Below are positions 9,301 to 18,022 of a DNA stretch of 59,234 nt, piece by piece. The translations under genes and the position numbers were made by a program. The first letter of the stretch is position 1. Every line of letters begins with the position of its first letter. Origin of the DNA: Anaerolineae bacterium (GTDB lineage Bacteria > Chloroflexota > Anaerolineae > Aggregatilineales > UBA2796); assembly GCA_034436235.1 (NCBI GenBank), contig DAOTWB010000263.1, forward strand, positions 1 through 59,234, written 5' to 3'. The notes beneath the pieces were generated by a model, which did not search any database, was not told where the DNA came from, and was given only the letters and a program-made list of their open reading frames with translations.

Positions 9301-10237
9301 CGTCTCTTCGCATCCGCTCAGCAATCTGCCTAAAGAAATTGAGCAGCTGAGCAATTTCATCTACGTCAAGGATTTGGCGCAAGAGGCAGAAACGTTCAGT
9401 GGACATGTCGCAGCGATGGCAGGTATGGTCGAGAGCGTGCGCACGATGACCACTAAAGCAGGCGATAGCATGGCGATCGTGCGCCTTGAAGACATGACAG
9501 GCGCGATTGACGCCGTCCTGTTTCCGCGGGCGTGGAAGAAATACAGCGCGCTGATCGCGCCTGAGGAAGTGATCATCGTGTACGGCAAAATTGACCTCTC
9601 GCGCGGCGATCCGCAGATCATCGTCGAGCGCGTGACGAAGGAATATCAGATCGCAGTGCCGAAGGCTGATGAGCAGTCAGCTGCCGCATTGATGACACAA
9701 GCAGCTATCCACACGTCGCCTCAAAGCTACAGCGCCGACGATCTTGGCGAAGACGGTCCGCCGCCGCTTGATTTAGACGCGCTGCAGCCGCCCGATGAGA
9801 CGGCTGAGTATCAGACTGCCGATGTGCGCACCACGTCTACACAGCCGCTGCAAACAGCTGTCACAATTGACGCTGCTGACGATGTATACACACCGTCAGC
9901 GCTGAGCCGCGAATGGCGAGCGCCTTGCCGCGCCGTGATCACAATCGCTCTGAGCGAAGACGTTGAATACGAGCGACGCCGCCTGAATTGGCTGCGCGAG
10001 CTGCTGCGCAGCTATCCTGGCTCAGATCGTGTTGAGATACGGCTGTTTTACCCTGACGGCAGGCGTTATCACTTACGGCTTCCTGAGGCGACCTGCTATC
10101 ACGGCGAGCTGAGAAAGCTGCTGAGCGACCATTTCGGCGCGCATAACATCAAAGTGAAGCCGCTATCGCCGCAAGAGGCGGCGCATCAGCCAAATGGCGC
10201 TGCCGAACGCGCCGAGCAGCGTCAAGCTCAGCACTAG
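6314..10237 (+). CDS. dnaE: DNA polymerase III alpha subunit
   Basis: PHP domain (FVHLHVHTEYSLLDG, TDHG, TNDVHY), RGSAAGSLV, MPDIDIDF, GLLKVDFLGL, YGFNKAHA, OB fold. ATG at 6314 preferred over TTG at 6284. Confidence 0.97.
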   Translation: MCQARDDSVGSAAAPELTPEQRQDFVHLHVHTEYSLLDGLSKIDKLVKRAKALNMRALAITDHGTMFGAISFYNACKAAGIKPIIGIEAYLAKQSMHVHDPSEKSPYHLLLLARNRTGYRNLLKIATAAQLEGFYNRPRVDKEFLAAHADGLICTSGCLSAEIPHMVSEGREQEARRAIGWYQDVFGKENFFLELQHHAIPDLHALNRWLVANRSYADTPLLATNDVHYVLESDFEAHDTLLCIQTGARKSDVKRMKMTDASYHLRSGAEMWQLFGTDEVIKRALLNTLLVAEMCDDPRLEREKYHLPIFPVPQGYNAESYLRHLAEKGLRWRFGADAERAEIKARLDHELSVIHELGFDTYFLIVWDLCQYARFADIWWNVRGSAAGSLVAYTLGITSIDPLSNGLIFERFLNRGRATMPDIDIDFPDDRRAEMIAYARNKYGSDRVAAIITFGTLKARAAIKDVGRVLGVELTKVNQLTALVPNIPSKPVTLADCLGDDPEKAVPELKERYNADSEVRQLLDTALTVEGVARNAGTHAAGIIITPEPLVEYLPLHRPIGESPVEQITQFSMETCEAIGLLKVDFLGLATLTIMRRACELIAEHHGVHFTMENIPYRPDPNDPEQAQRVAKLFELIGNGETTGVFQLESGGMKKLLVSMKPKTFEHIVAAISLYRPGPMELIPTYIRRMHGQEPVRYHHPKLEPILSETYGICVYQEQIQQIAAELFGYTLSEADTMRRAVSKKKKKDLEEHREKFIQRGPEHGVSAEVAERIFADIEFFAAYGFNKAHAADYAVLTCQTAYLKAHYPVEYYTALLSVQRHNSDDVALFIADCRRYGIPILPPDVNASAIDFVIERLADGQRGIRFGLSAVKNVGEKAVEQILAARAAGGRFADLVDFSRRVDLRIIGKRALECLAKVGAFDSLVNGAREVAVAAVERMYAYSDEYHRAIERGQFSLFGGETDSGFALPAPEANGDAKARLKKRWQWEKELIGLYVSSHPLSNLPKEIEQLSNFIYVKDLAQEAETFSGHVAAMAGMVESVRTMTTKAGDSMAIVRLEDMTGAIDAVLFPRAWKKYSALIAPEEVIIVYGKIDLSRGDPQIIVERVTKEYQIAVPKADEQSAAALMTQAAIHTSPQSYSADDLGEDGPPPLDLDALQPPDETAEYQTADVRTTSTQPLQTAVTIDAADDVYTPSALSREWRAPCRAVITIALSEDVEYERRRLNWLRELLRSYPGSDRVEIRLFYPDGRRYHLRLPEATCYHGELRKLLSDHFGAHNIKVKPLSPQEAAHQPNGAAERAEQRQAQH

Positions 10238-11260
10238 GACAGCAAACCATGTGGTATCTTCAGGCGCGCTCGCACGCCGACTCGGCTGTGGAGTCGGCGG
10301 CAACGGACGGCTGAGCGTGAAGATCAAGCGCTCAGCGGCTTGTAACGGCTGATCAAGCTGATAGACGCGATAAGCGCGTCCTGTGCCTTGTGCCGTCTCA
10401 AGGCGCTGGCGGAAAGAATGCTTCTCGCTGCTCAGAGTTGCGGCGGCGTCTTGCGGCAGCCTGATCTCGACCTGTTCTGTGCGATACAAATAGTCTTGAT
10501 CGAGCGTGGCGCTGCCGCTGAGCGGCAGTTGGTAGCTGAAGATGACTTCGTAGGTCTGCTCAGGGAAGAGCGGGCGCGTCAGCAGCACTTCGGGCGCGAT
10601 GGCGCTGCCGCCGCTGCTGAGCGACTCGCCGAGCGACGGATCGAAGGCGAGCGCCGCGGCGCCGATTGGCAACGGAAAACGCGCCGAGATCGCTCTGCCG
10701 TTTGGCGCGCGCTGATCGGTCATGAAGAACTTATCGCCTTGCACGCGCAGGACGTAAGCCGAGAGAATTTGCGCTACGCTTTCGCTCGGAAACTCAAAAG
10801 TGTGCTGTGCGCGCAGGATTTGGACGACGCGCGCATCATCCGTGCGCGCGTAGAGCGTGATAGGCAGCTCGAAGTCGCGCAGCGGCGCTTCCAATTTCAC
10901 AATCACGCTGGCTTGTTGCGCGCCGCTGTGCCGCACGCTGGCGAAGACCAGATCGTCAGGCTGAAAAGCGAGATTCTCGAAGCGGAAGGTGCCCTCAGCG
11001 CTGAGCAGCGCTTGAATCTGCTGGATCGGCGTAGGCGGCAGGTCGGGCGCAGCGGCGCGCAGCACGTGCAAAGTGACGGGCGCGCCAATCGGCAATTGCA
11101 AGCCATCCGTGCCTGCCACGATGCGCCCGTTGATGGTAATGCGCGCCAAAGGCGACGTCGCCGTGGCTTGTGCAGCGCGCAGCGGCACGTTATGCGCGCT
11201 GCGCAGGCCGAGCGCGAACAGCGCACACAAGCACAAGACGAACAGCGCACGCCGCAGCAC
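10163..11260 (-). CDS. Hypothetical exported protein with C-terminal membrane anchor, downstream of ccmE
   Basis: N-terminal signal-like hydrophobic stretch, beta-rich body, Pro linker, C-terminal TM followed by RRLLRR; starts 6 nt after the ccmE stop. Confidence 0.7.
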   Translation of the reverse strand: MLRRALFVLCLCALFALGLRSAHNVPLRAAQATATSPLARITINGRIVAGTDGLQLPIGAPVTLHVLRAAAPDLPPTPIQQIQALLSAEGTFRFENLAFQPDDLVFASVRHSGAQQASVIVKLEAPLRDFELPITLYARTDDARVVQILRAQHTFEFPSESVAQILSAYVLRVQGDKFFMTDQRAPNGRAISARFPLPIGAAALAFDPSLGESLSSGGSAIAPEVLLTRPLFPEQTYEVIFSYQLPLSGSATLDQDYLYRTEQVEIRLPQDAAATLSSEKHSFRQRLETAQGTGRAYRVYQLDQPLQAAERLIFTLSRPLPPTPQPSRRASAPEDTTWFAVLVLSLTLLGAFGSAIWLMRRLLRR

Positions 11261-11266
11261 AGTTAG

Positions 11267-11803
11267 CTACTCGGCTTGAGCAGGCACTGCGCTCTCATAC
11301 TTGGACGGACACTTCAGTTGCAATTCATCAGCGTAGAAGATGCCGTCGCTGCCCAGCCTGCCCGTCATGATCGCCTGCGCTTCATCCTGCAGCAGGTCGG
11401 GCATTGGCTGATTGCGCACTACGATCTGCAAGCGGTTCGCAGTTGGATCGTTGACTGCCAAGTGCAGCGCGCGCGCCAAGCCGCCGAGCGCTTCCAATTC
11501 GCTGATCTTATCAGTGATGTGCGCCACTGTGAAACTGATGGTCTGTGTGTCAGGATCGAAGCGAATAGTATCGCCGATCACGGCGCCTGTGATGCGCACA
11601 GTCTGCCCGACCAGCTCAGGACGGCTCAGCACATCGTTGACGCCGATGAAAAAGCGTCCTGTGGTCATGGTTGCGCCTAAGAGCATCACGATCATCGCGC
11701 CCATGATGATCACGCCTAACGTGGCAAAGCGCGCTCGCACTGAGACGCCGCGCCGTAGTTTCTCAGCTACTTGTGCCTTTTCCCAACTCAAGCTCTGTGT
11801 CAT
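11267..11803 (-). CDS. ccmE: Cytochrome c maturation heme chaperone CcmE, CxxxY variant
   Basis: N-terminal TM, VRITGAV, PDLLQDEAQAIMTG, F(Y)ADELQLKCPSKY. Confidence 0.88.
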   Translation of the reverse strand: MTQSLSWEKAQVAEKLRRGVSVRARFATLGVIIMGAMIVMLLGATMTTGRFFIGVNDVLSRPELVGQTVRITGAVIGDTIRFDPDTQTISFTVAHITDKISELEALGGLARALHLAVNDPTANRLQIVVRNQPMPDLLQDEAQAIMTGRLGSDGIFYADELQLKCPSKYESAVPAQAE

Positions 11804-11900
11804 GCCGTCTTTCCTCTAACCGCGCATCGTGCGGACAAGCGTCTTTATTGTGATGTAATGCACAGATTGTAGCGCTTTTGGCGCGCCTTCGCAATGCAAG

Positions 11901-11929
11901 TTGACAGCTATAGCCAGAAGTGCTATAGT
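11901..11929 (+). promoter_or_regulatory. Near-consensus sigma70 promoter for the ABC transporter operon
   Basis: TTGACA (11901-11906), 17 nt, TATAGT (11924-11929), with TG extended -10. Confidence 0.75.
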
Positions 11930-12145
11930 AAGCACGCTGCTTACTGTGCATAAAAAGGTCATGGACGACTATCCCAGTTCTAGACGGCTTTGCACTGTTG
12001 ACGAACGCCTGATTTGCCGCGCTCAGCTTGTCTAGCCACGATGCCCGTGTGCGGCTGAGCCTAGTCAGCGGCACACAGGCGATCCACGCGGCGCATAGCC
12101 CGCCAAAACAGCATAGACTCAGCTTGCTTTGGAAAGGCGGTGCTT

Positions 12146-13882
12146 ATGGAAGCACTTCGTCGCAAGACCATCTTTGCTACTGGACAAGGCGATGCAGCCT
12201 ATCTAGGCTGGGCGGATATCTTGATCCTGCTCGGCTTGGCCGTCGCCGTTTATCTAGGCGTGCAGCTGGCATCCAGCACACCACCTTCGCTCGCTCGTGC
12301 CGAGATTGACCTGAATCCGCAAGTGTTGCCTTACTACGCTTTGCAATCGGTCAGGCGCATGGCAGCGGCGTACATCCTCTCGCTGCTCTTCTCGATTGTC
12401 TACGGCTATTTCGCGGCACGCAGCCGCTCGGCTGAGCGCGTTTTGCTGCCCGTGCTGGACGTGCTGCAATCTGTGCCGATTCTCTCTTTCTTGCCTGTAG
12501 TGGTCTTAGCGCTGACCGCCGTGTTGCCACAAGCGGTCGCTGTTGAACTCGCCGCCATCGTGCTGATCTTCACCAGTCAGGTCTGGAACATGACCTACAG
12601 CTTCTATCAGTCCTTACGCACGCTGCCGCGCGAGTTGCGCGAGGCGGCGTCGGTCTTTCGCTTCAATTGGTGGTGGCGTTTTCGGCGCGTTGACCTGCCT
12701 TTTGCCAGCATCGGCTTGCTGTGGAATAGCGTGATGAGCTGGGCAGGTGGCTGGTTCTTCCTGATGGCGGCTGAAATTTTCACGGTTGGCGATAAAGACT
12801 TTCGGTTGCCCGGCGTCGGCTCGTATCTGCAGGAAGCAGCCAATGCGAACGATACGACCGCCATTCTGTACGGCGTGCTGACGCTGGTGCTGATCGTAGT
12901 CTTGCTGGATCAGCTGGTCTGGCGTCCGCTCTTGGTCTGGGTTGAGAAGTTCAAGATCGAGACGGTCGAGAACGACAATCCGCCGACCTCATGGTTTTAC
13001 AATCTGCTGAGCGGCTCGCGCCTTGCCGGCGCCTTGCACCAAGTCTTGATCGTTGGCACGATCAAGGCGCTGGATCGGCGCTTGGGCGGCGCGCGGCGCT
13101 TTGAGCCTGCCGAGCAAGAGCGTCCGTTGCACTGGACACAGCGCGCCGCGCGCATTTTGGCGCTGACGATCTTCGTAGTGATCGTGATCGCGCTCGGCAT
13201 TCAGCTCATCCAGCTTTTGCTGAGCGTGTCGCTCGATGATTACGGTCGCGTAGCTGCCGGCACGGTCGCTACAGCGCTGCGCGTGCTGTCAGCGATGCTG
13301 ATCGCAATGGCGTGGACGATTCCGCTCGGCGTGCTGATCGGCTCTAATCCGCGCTTGGCGAATTTTCTGCAGCCTTTGGTGCAGATCGCGGCGTCTACAC
13401 CAGCCACGGCGTTCTTTCCGCTGATCGTGTTGGTGATCGTCAGCAACGGCATCAGCTTCAATGTGGCGGCTGTGCTGCTGATGCTGCTCGGCACGCAGTG
13501 GTACGTGCTGTTCAACGTGATCGCAGGCACCACAGCCATTCCGAAAGACCTGCGCGATATGACCGATCTGCTGCGCTTCAAAGGTTGGAATCGCTGGCGC
13601 AAGCTGATCTTGCCGTCGCTGTTTCCTTATTTGATCACAGGCTTGATCACGGCGAGCGGCGGCGCGTGGAACGCCAGCATTGTGGCGGAATACGCCGAGT
13701 TCGGTCAGCAGACCTACAATGTGATCGGCTTGGGCGCGCTGATCAGCGAGGCAACTGCCAAAGGCGATTTTGGGCTGCTCACAGCAGCAACACTGACCAT
13801 GAGCGTGGTCGTGGTGATCATCAATCGGTATTTCTGGCGGCGTCTATACCGTCTGGCGGCGGAACGTTACACGATGGAGTGA
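12146..13882 (+). CDS. NitT/TauT-family ABC transporter permease with two BPD_transp domains
   Basis: LDVLQSVPILSFLP, FTSQVWNMTYSFYQSL, NSVMSWAGGWFFL, GGAWNASIVAE. ATG at 12146 after GGAAAGG (track start GTG 12140). Confidence 0.88.
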   Translation: MEALRRKTIFATGQGDAAYLGWADILILLGLAVAVYLGVQLASSTPPSLARAEIDLNPQVLPYYALQSVRRMAAAYILSLLFSIVYGYFAARSRSAERVLLPVLDVLQSVPILSFLPVVVLALTAVLPQAVAVELAAIVLIFTSQVWNMTYSFYQSLRTLPRELREAASVFRFNWWWRFRRVDLPFASIGLLWNSVMSWAGGWFFLMAAEIFTVGDKDFRLPGVGSYLQEAANANDTTAILYGVLTLVLIVVLLDQLVWRPLLVWVEKFKIETVENDNPPTSWFYNLLSGSRLAGALHQVLIVGTIKALDRRLGGARRFEPAEQERPLHWTQRAARILALTIFVVIVIALGIQLIQLLLSVSLDDYGRVAAGTVATALRVLSAMLIAMAWTIPLGVLIGSNPRLANFLQPLVQIAASTPATAFFPLIVLVIVSNGISFNVAAVLLMLLGTQWYVLFNVIAGTTAIPKDLRDMTDLLRFKGWNRWRKLILPSLFPYLITGLITASGGAWNASIVAEYAEFGQQTYNVIGLGALISEATAKGDFGLLTAATLTMSVVVVIINRYFWRRLYRLAAERYTME

Positions 13883-13888
13883 TGAGAG

Positions 13889-15229
13889 ATGACAACACAC
13901 GGACACAAAGTGCTAGGCGAAGTGTTGGTTGAGCTGCGCAACGTCGGCAAGCGCTATGGGCGCGGCGATAAGTACACAGAGGCATTGCGCGGCATCAATT
14001 TGACGATCCGCGAAGGCGAGTTCGTGGCGCTGCTCGGGCCGAGCGGCTGCGGCAAGTCAACGCTTCTGCGCATCATCGCAGGCTTGATCGGCGCGTCCGA
14101 AGGCGAGGTGCTTTATCGCGGCAAGCCGTTGCGCGGCGTGAATCCGAACACGACGATTGTCTTCCAGAGCTTCGCGCTCTATCCATGGCTGACGGTGCAA
14201 GAGAATGTCGAAGCGGCGCTGGAGCCGCTGGGCGTGCCGCGCTTGGAGCGCACCAAACGTGCGCTGCGCTTGATCGATCACGTCGGTCTGGACGGCTTCG
14301 AGACGGCTTATCCGCGCGAGCTGAGCGGCGGAATGCGCCAGAAGGTCGGTTTTGCGCGCGCGATGGCAGTTGAGCCTGAGCTGCTCTGTCTGGACGAGCC
14401 GTTCTCAGCGCTGGACGTGCTTTCGGCTGAGAGCTTGCGCGGCGAGCTGATGGAACTCTGGCTGAGCGGCGGCATTCCGACCAAAGCGATTTTGATGGTC
14501 AGCCACAACATCGAAGAAGCGGTCTTCATGGCGGATCGACTTGTGATCATGGACAAAAATCCAGGTCACATCGTGGCGGATATCCCGAACAACTTGCCGC
14601 ATCCACGCCGCCGCAAAGAGAAAGCCTTCTTGGCGATGGTCGATCAGGTCTACGGGCAGATCGTAGGCAAGACTCGTCCTGAGGCGGAAGAGCTTGGCTC
14701 GGCGCCGGGCGAGCCGGGCGCGACTCGCGCTTTGCCTGCCGCGCCGATCAACGCGATCTCAGGCTTGCTGGAGCGCGTGAACGAAGAGCTGACCAACAAA
14801 ATAGATATCTACCGCTTGGCAGACGAGTTCGTGAACGACTACGACGAAATCCTGCCGATCATCGAGGCAGTTGAGCTGCTCGGCTTCGCCAGCGTCGAGG
14901 CGGGCGATCTGAGCTTGACGCCGCTCGGGCAAGCCTTCGCCGAAGGCAGCATCCAAGCGCGCAAGGAAATCTTCGCCGCGCGCGTGAAGCGCGTGCCGAT
15001 GATCCGTTGGATTCTCTCGATGCTCAAAGCACAGTCCGATCAGCGGCTCTCGTGGGATGTCTTCATCGCCGCGCTCAGCCGCGAATTTCCGCCTGAGGTC
15101 GCTGAGCGCCAATTGGATACGGCTGTGGACTGGGGACGCTACGCTGAGCTATTCAGCTACGATAACAGCGATAACACGATCTTCATCGAGACTGAGCAGC
15201 CTATCTCACAGCCTGCGCCGATGCCCTGA
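13889..15229 (+). CDS. NitT/TauT-family ABC ATP-binding protein with C-terminal AAA-associated domain
   Basis: Walker A GPSGCGKST, LSGGMRQ, Walker B LLCLDEPFSALD, C-terminal WGRYAELFSY. Confidence 0.92.
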   Translation: MTTHGHKVLGEVLVELRNVGKRYGRGDKYTEALRGINLTIREGEFVALLGPSGCGKSTLLRIIAGLIGASEGEVLYRGKPLRGVNPNTTIVFQSFALYPWLTVQENVEAALEPLGVPRLERTKRALRLIDHVGLDGFETAYPRELSGGMRQKVGFARAMAVEPELLCLDEPFSALDVLSAESLRGELMELWLSGGIPTKAILMVSHNIEEAVFMADRLVIMDKNPGHIVADIPNNLPHPRRRKEKAFLAMVDQVYGQIVGKTRPEAEELGSAPGEPGATRALPAAPINAISGLLERVNEELTNKIDIYRLADEFVNDYDEILPIIEAVELLGFASVEAGDLSLTPLGQAFAEGSIQARKEIFAARVKRVPMIRWILSMLKAQSDQRLSWDVFIAALSREFPPEVAERQLDTAVDWGRYAELFSYDNSDNTIFIETEQPISQPAPMP

Positions 15230-15297
15230 GAAACGACTTTCGCTAGATCGCTCTGTGCGCGCTATACTCAGCGCCTTCAAGGGAAAGGCGAGAGATC

Positions 15298-17328
15298 ATG
15301 CGCACAGAGCAAATTCGCAGCCTTTGGCAGGCGCTGCGCTTCCGCAACTGGCGGATCGCCATCAAAATTACGGTCTTGCTGTTGAGCATCTCATTGTTCA
15401 CAGCGGCAACAGTCACGCTGTTCATCACACAAATGGCTGCTCAGGTGCTGAGCGAGCAGATGCGCAATACGCTGCAGAGCATGGCGCTCGGCGGCGCGCG
15501 CGTCCTCAAAGGCGACTTGGATTTCACGACGCAAGAATTCGGCGAGCGCCAGACTGAGCTGCTGACTGAATTGGCGCAAGCGCTCGCCGACTCGGCGACT
15601 GAGGCTGAGATCGTTGACGCTGCGCTCGCCTTCTACACAACGTACGCCGCGATCAAAGATGTCTTCATCGTGGATAAGGACGGCGCAATCGCAGCGGCGC
15701 TGGACGCTGAGACGCTCGGTCAGCCTTATGCGCAGGCGCACGTGCAAAGCGCATTGGCAGGACGCGCAGCTCTCTCAGCACCGCAGCCGAGCGCCAAGAC
15801 GTTCTTCGCGGCGGTCTCGCTCGCCTTGCCGCTCAAATTCCAAGAGACAGTGCAAGGCGCTTTGGTCATCACGTATAGCCTCGATCTATTCGATTTTCTG
15901 CTGCGCGACACATTGTTCACACAGCAAGGCGAAGGCACGCTGCGCACGCTACGCGAGGCGCGTCTGTACGCTGTGAACGCTGAAGGCGTGGTCTTCTTCG
16001 ATAGCGACGGGCAACGCGCATGGCAATATAGCGCGCTCGGCGTGCCTGAGGCGAGCGTGCTTGCCAAATACGGCGCGCCTGATGCGCTCGGTCTGCTCTG
16101 TACGGCGGAAGGCTGGGACGGCTCGCAGGATTGTCCACCTGATCGCGTGCAGCCGCGCACAACTTTTGAGAGCTTGCCTGCTATGCAGCCAATCGCTGAG
16201 CTGGCGCGTCGCACAGCGAGCGCGCCGCAACGCGGCAACGCGCGCTATTGCCGTCCTGCCGACTTACGCCAAGCGCCTGAGGACGATACATGCAACGGCA
16301 CTTGGTACTTGGTCGGCTATGCGCCGCTGCAAGCGCCATTGACTGACGAGGTGTGGTTCACCATCTTCGCCGAAGTGCCTGAAGCAGCAGTTCTGGAAGC
16401 AGTTGCCGAGCAGCGTGCGCGCGGCTTCACAGTGGCGGCGTTCATCACGCCGTTCGCCGTGATCGTCGCCTTGTTGCTGGGACGCACCATCGCGCGTCCG
16501 ATTCGGCGTCTCTCAACCGTCGCGGCAGCCGTCGAGCGCGGCAGACCGCTCGATGAGATGGCTATCGGGCGCATTGCGCAGCGCGGCGACGAACTAGGCG
16601 ATCTCTCGCGTATTTTTGGCTCCATGGTGCGCGCCTTGAACGCGCGTAGCGAGGAATTGAAGACGATCTACGAGATCGGCACGCGCATCAGCAGCAGCCT
16701 TGACCTGAGAGAGACGCTTGAGTTCGTCTTGATAGCGCTACGGCAAGTCATTCCATACGATTGGGCAGAGATCAGCTTGTATGACGCTGAGAGACGCCAG
16801 ATCGTGCCGCAGGTCGCCGCTGATCACGACTCGCTAGAGCCTGCCACGCCGCAGCCGATCAGCGCTATGCAAGGCTACCTGAGCTATCTGATCACGCAGG
16901 GCAACGGCGTGTGCGTGCCGCGCATTGAAGCCTTCAAGGGCGCTAACTGGCTCTTGGGCAGAAGCTGGGACGCGCTCAAGCCGCAGGCGTATCTCGGCGT
17001 GCCGCTCAAGAGCAAGGATCAGATCATCGGCGTCATCGAGATGGTCAGCGCGCGCGCCGAGCAACTGACCGCCGATCATCTGCGCATCTTGGAAAGCGTG
17101 GCAGTCCAAGCGGCGGTCGCCTTGCAAAACGCGCAGCAAGTTCAGGTGCGCGAGGCGAAGCTGCGCCAGGAGATTCAAGAGCTGCGTATTGAGATTGACG
17201 AGGCAAAGAAAGCCAAGCAGGTTGCCGCTATTACAGAGACGGAATATTTCCAGCAACTGCAGAGCCGCGTCAATCAGCTGCGCAATCGCGCTAAGCGTGC
17301 CGCCGATCCATCTGAAGCGCAAAGCTGA
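15298..17328 (+). CDS. Membrane sensor: TM, Cache-like extracellular region, TM, HAMP, GAF and a coiled-coil tail; no kinase or cyclase domain
   Basis: Two TMs; HAMP (IARPIRRLSTVAAAV...DELGDLSRIFGSMVRAL); GAF (YLGVPLKSKDQIIGVIEM...LESVAVQAAVALQNA). Confidence 0.8.
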   Translation: MRTEQIRSLWQALRFRNWRIAIKITVLLLSISLFTAATVTLFITQMAAQVLSEQMRNTLQSMALGGARVLKGDLDFTTQEFGERQTELLTELAQALADSATEAEIVDAALAFYTTYAAIKDVFIVDKDGAIAAALDAETLGQPYAQAHVQSALAGRAALSAPQPSAKTFFAAVSLALPLKFQETVQGALVITYSLDLFDFLLRDTLFTQQGEGTLRTLREARLYAVNAEGVVFFDSDGQRAWQYSALGVPEASVLAKYGAPDALGLLCTAEGWDGSQDCPPDRVQPRTTFESLPAMQPIAELARRTASAPQRGNARYCRPADLRQAPEDDTCNGTWYLVGYAPLQAPLTDEVWFTIFAEVPEAAVLEAVAEQRARGFTVAAFITPFAVIVALLLGRTIARPIRRLSTVAAAVERGRPLDEMAIGRIAQRGDELGDLSRIFGSMVRALNARSEELKTIYEIGTRISSSLDLRETLEFVLIALRQVIPYDWAEISLYDAERRQIVPQVAADHDSLEPATPQPISAMQGYLSYLITQGNGVCVPRIEAFKGANWLLGRSWDALKPQAYLGVPLKSKDQIIGVIEMVSARAEQLTADHLRILESVAVQAAVALQNAQQVQVREAKLRQEIQELRIEIDEAKKAKQVAAITETEYFQQLQSRVNQLRNRAKRAADPSEAQS

Positions 17329-17329
17329 G

Positions 17330-18016
17330 CTATTGGCGCAAAGGCGGCAAGCTGCCGATGAACAACGGCGCGCTGGTCGGCTGTTGGCTGCCGCCGCGCG
17401 GCTCTAGCGTGATGCCGAGCGTATAGGCGCGGCTTGGATCGGGCACGCGGACACGCAACGGTTGTGAGCCTTCCAGCACGCCGCCGCTGCGAATATCCGT
17501 CTCGGAGAGGATGAACCAGAGCTGGTATTGTCGGTCGGGCGCAGGCGGCGGCAGCTCTGCAACCAACACACCTTGATCGGTGTTGGGCAGCGCGATCAGG
17601 CGCACAGCGCCTGCCACAGCGTCCTGCGGCGTCAGCTCGACGCGCACGGCGCGCGGATCGTTGAGCAGCGCGGCTAAGTCGTCTCGCTGCGTTGAGAGCA
17701 GCAGTATGCCAAGCGCGATGGCGATGATCGCCGCGGCGGATAAAATAAGGCGCAGCGGTGAGCGCCGTCTAGGTTTCATCCGCGCGATCTCAGCGGCAAG
17801 GCGCGCCTGAAAACGCTCAGCAGCGCCTTCAGGCGCAGCGCGATACGGCGCTAGCGCGCCGAGTCCGCCGAGGAGCGCCTGATAGCGCGCCAGCAGTGCT
17901 TGCGCCTGCGCCGAGCGCGCCAGCAGCGCCTCAACTTCGGCGCGCTCAGCTGCTGAGAGCGCGTCCAGCGCATAGGCGGCAATCTGATCTTCCAGCGCTT
18001 GCTCATCCATCATCAT
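17330..18016 (-). CDS. Anti-sigma factor, RskA family
   Basis: AAYALDALSAAERAEVEALL N-terminus, one TM, C-terminal YQLWFI...GITLEPRGGSQQPT; follows the ECF sigma gene. Confidence 0.88.
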   Translation of the reverse strand: MMMDEQALEDQIAAYALDALSAAERAEVEALLARSAQAQALLARYQALLGGLGALAPYRAAPEGAAERFQARLAAEIARMKPRRRSPLRLILSAAAIIAIALGILLLSTQRDDLAALLNDPRAVRVELTPQDAVAGAVRLIALPNTDQGVLVAELPPPAPDRQYQLWFILSETDIRSGGVLEGSQPLRVRVPDPSRAYTLGITLEPRGGSQQPTSAPLFIGSLPPLRQ

Positions 18017-18022
18017 AGTCCA

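Noticed and set aside
11936..12145. Known riboswitch (guanidine/ykkC or M-box) ahead of the NitT/TauT transporter
   Set aside because: I could not find their conserved cores by eye; kept only as an unknown leader candidate.
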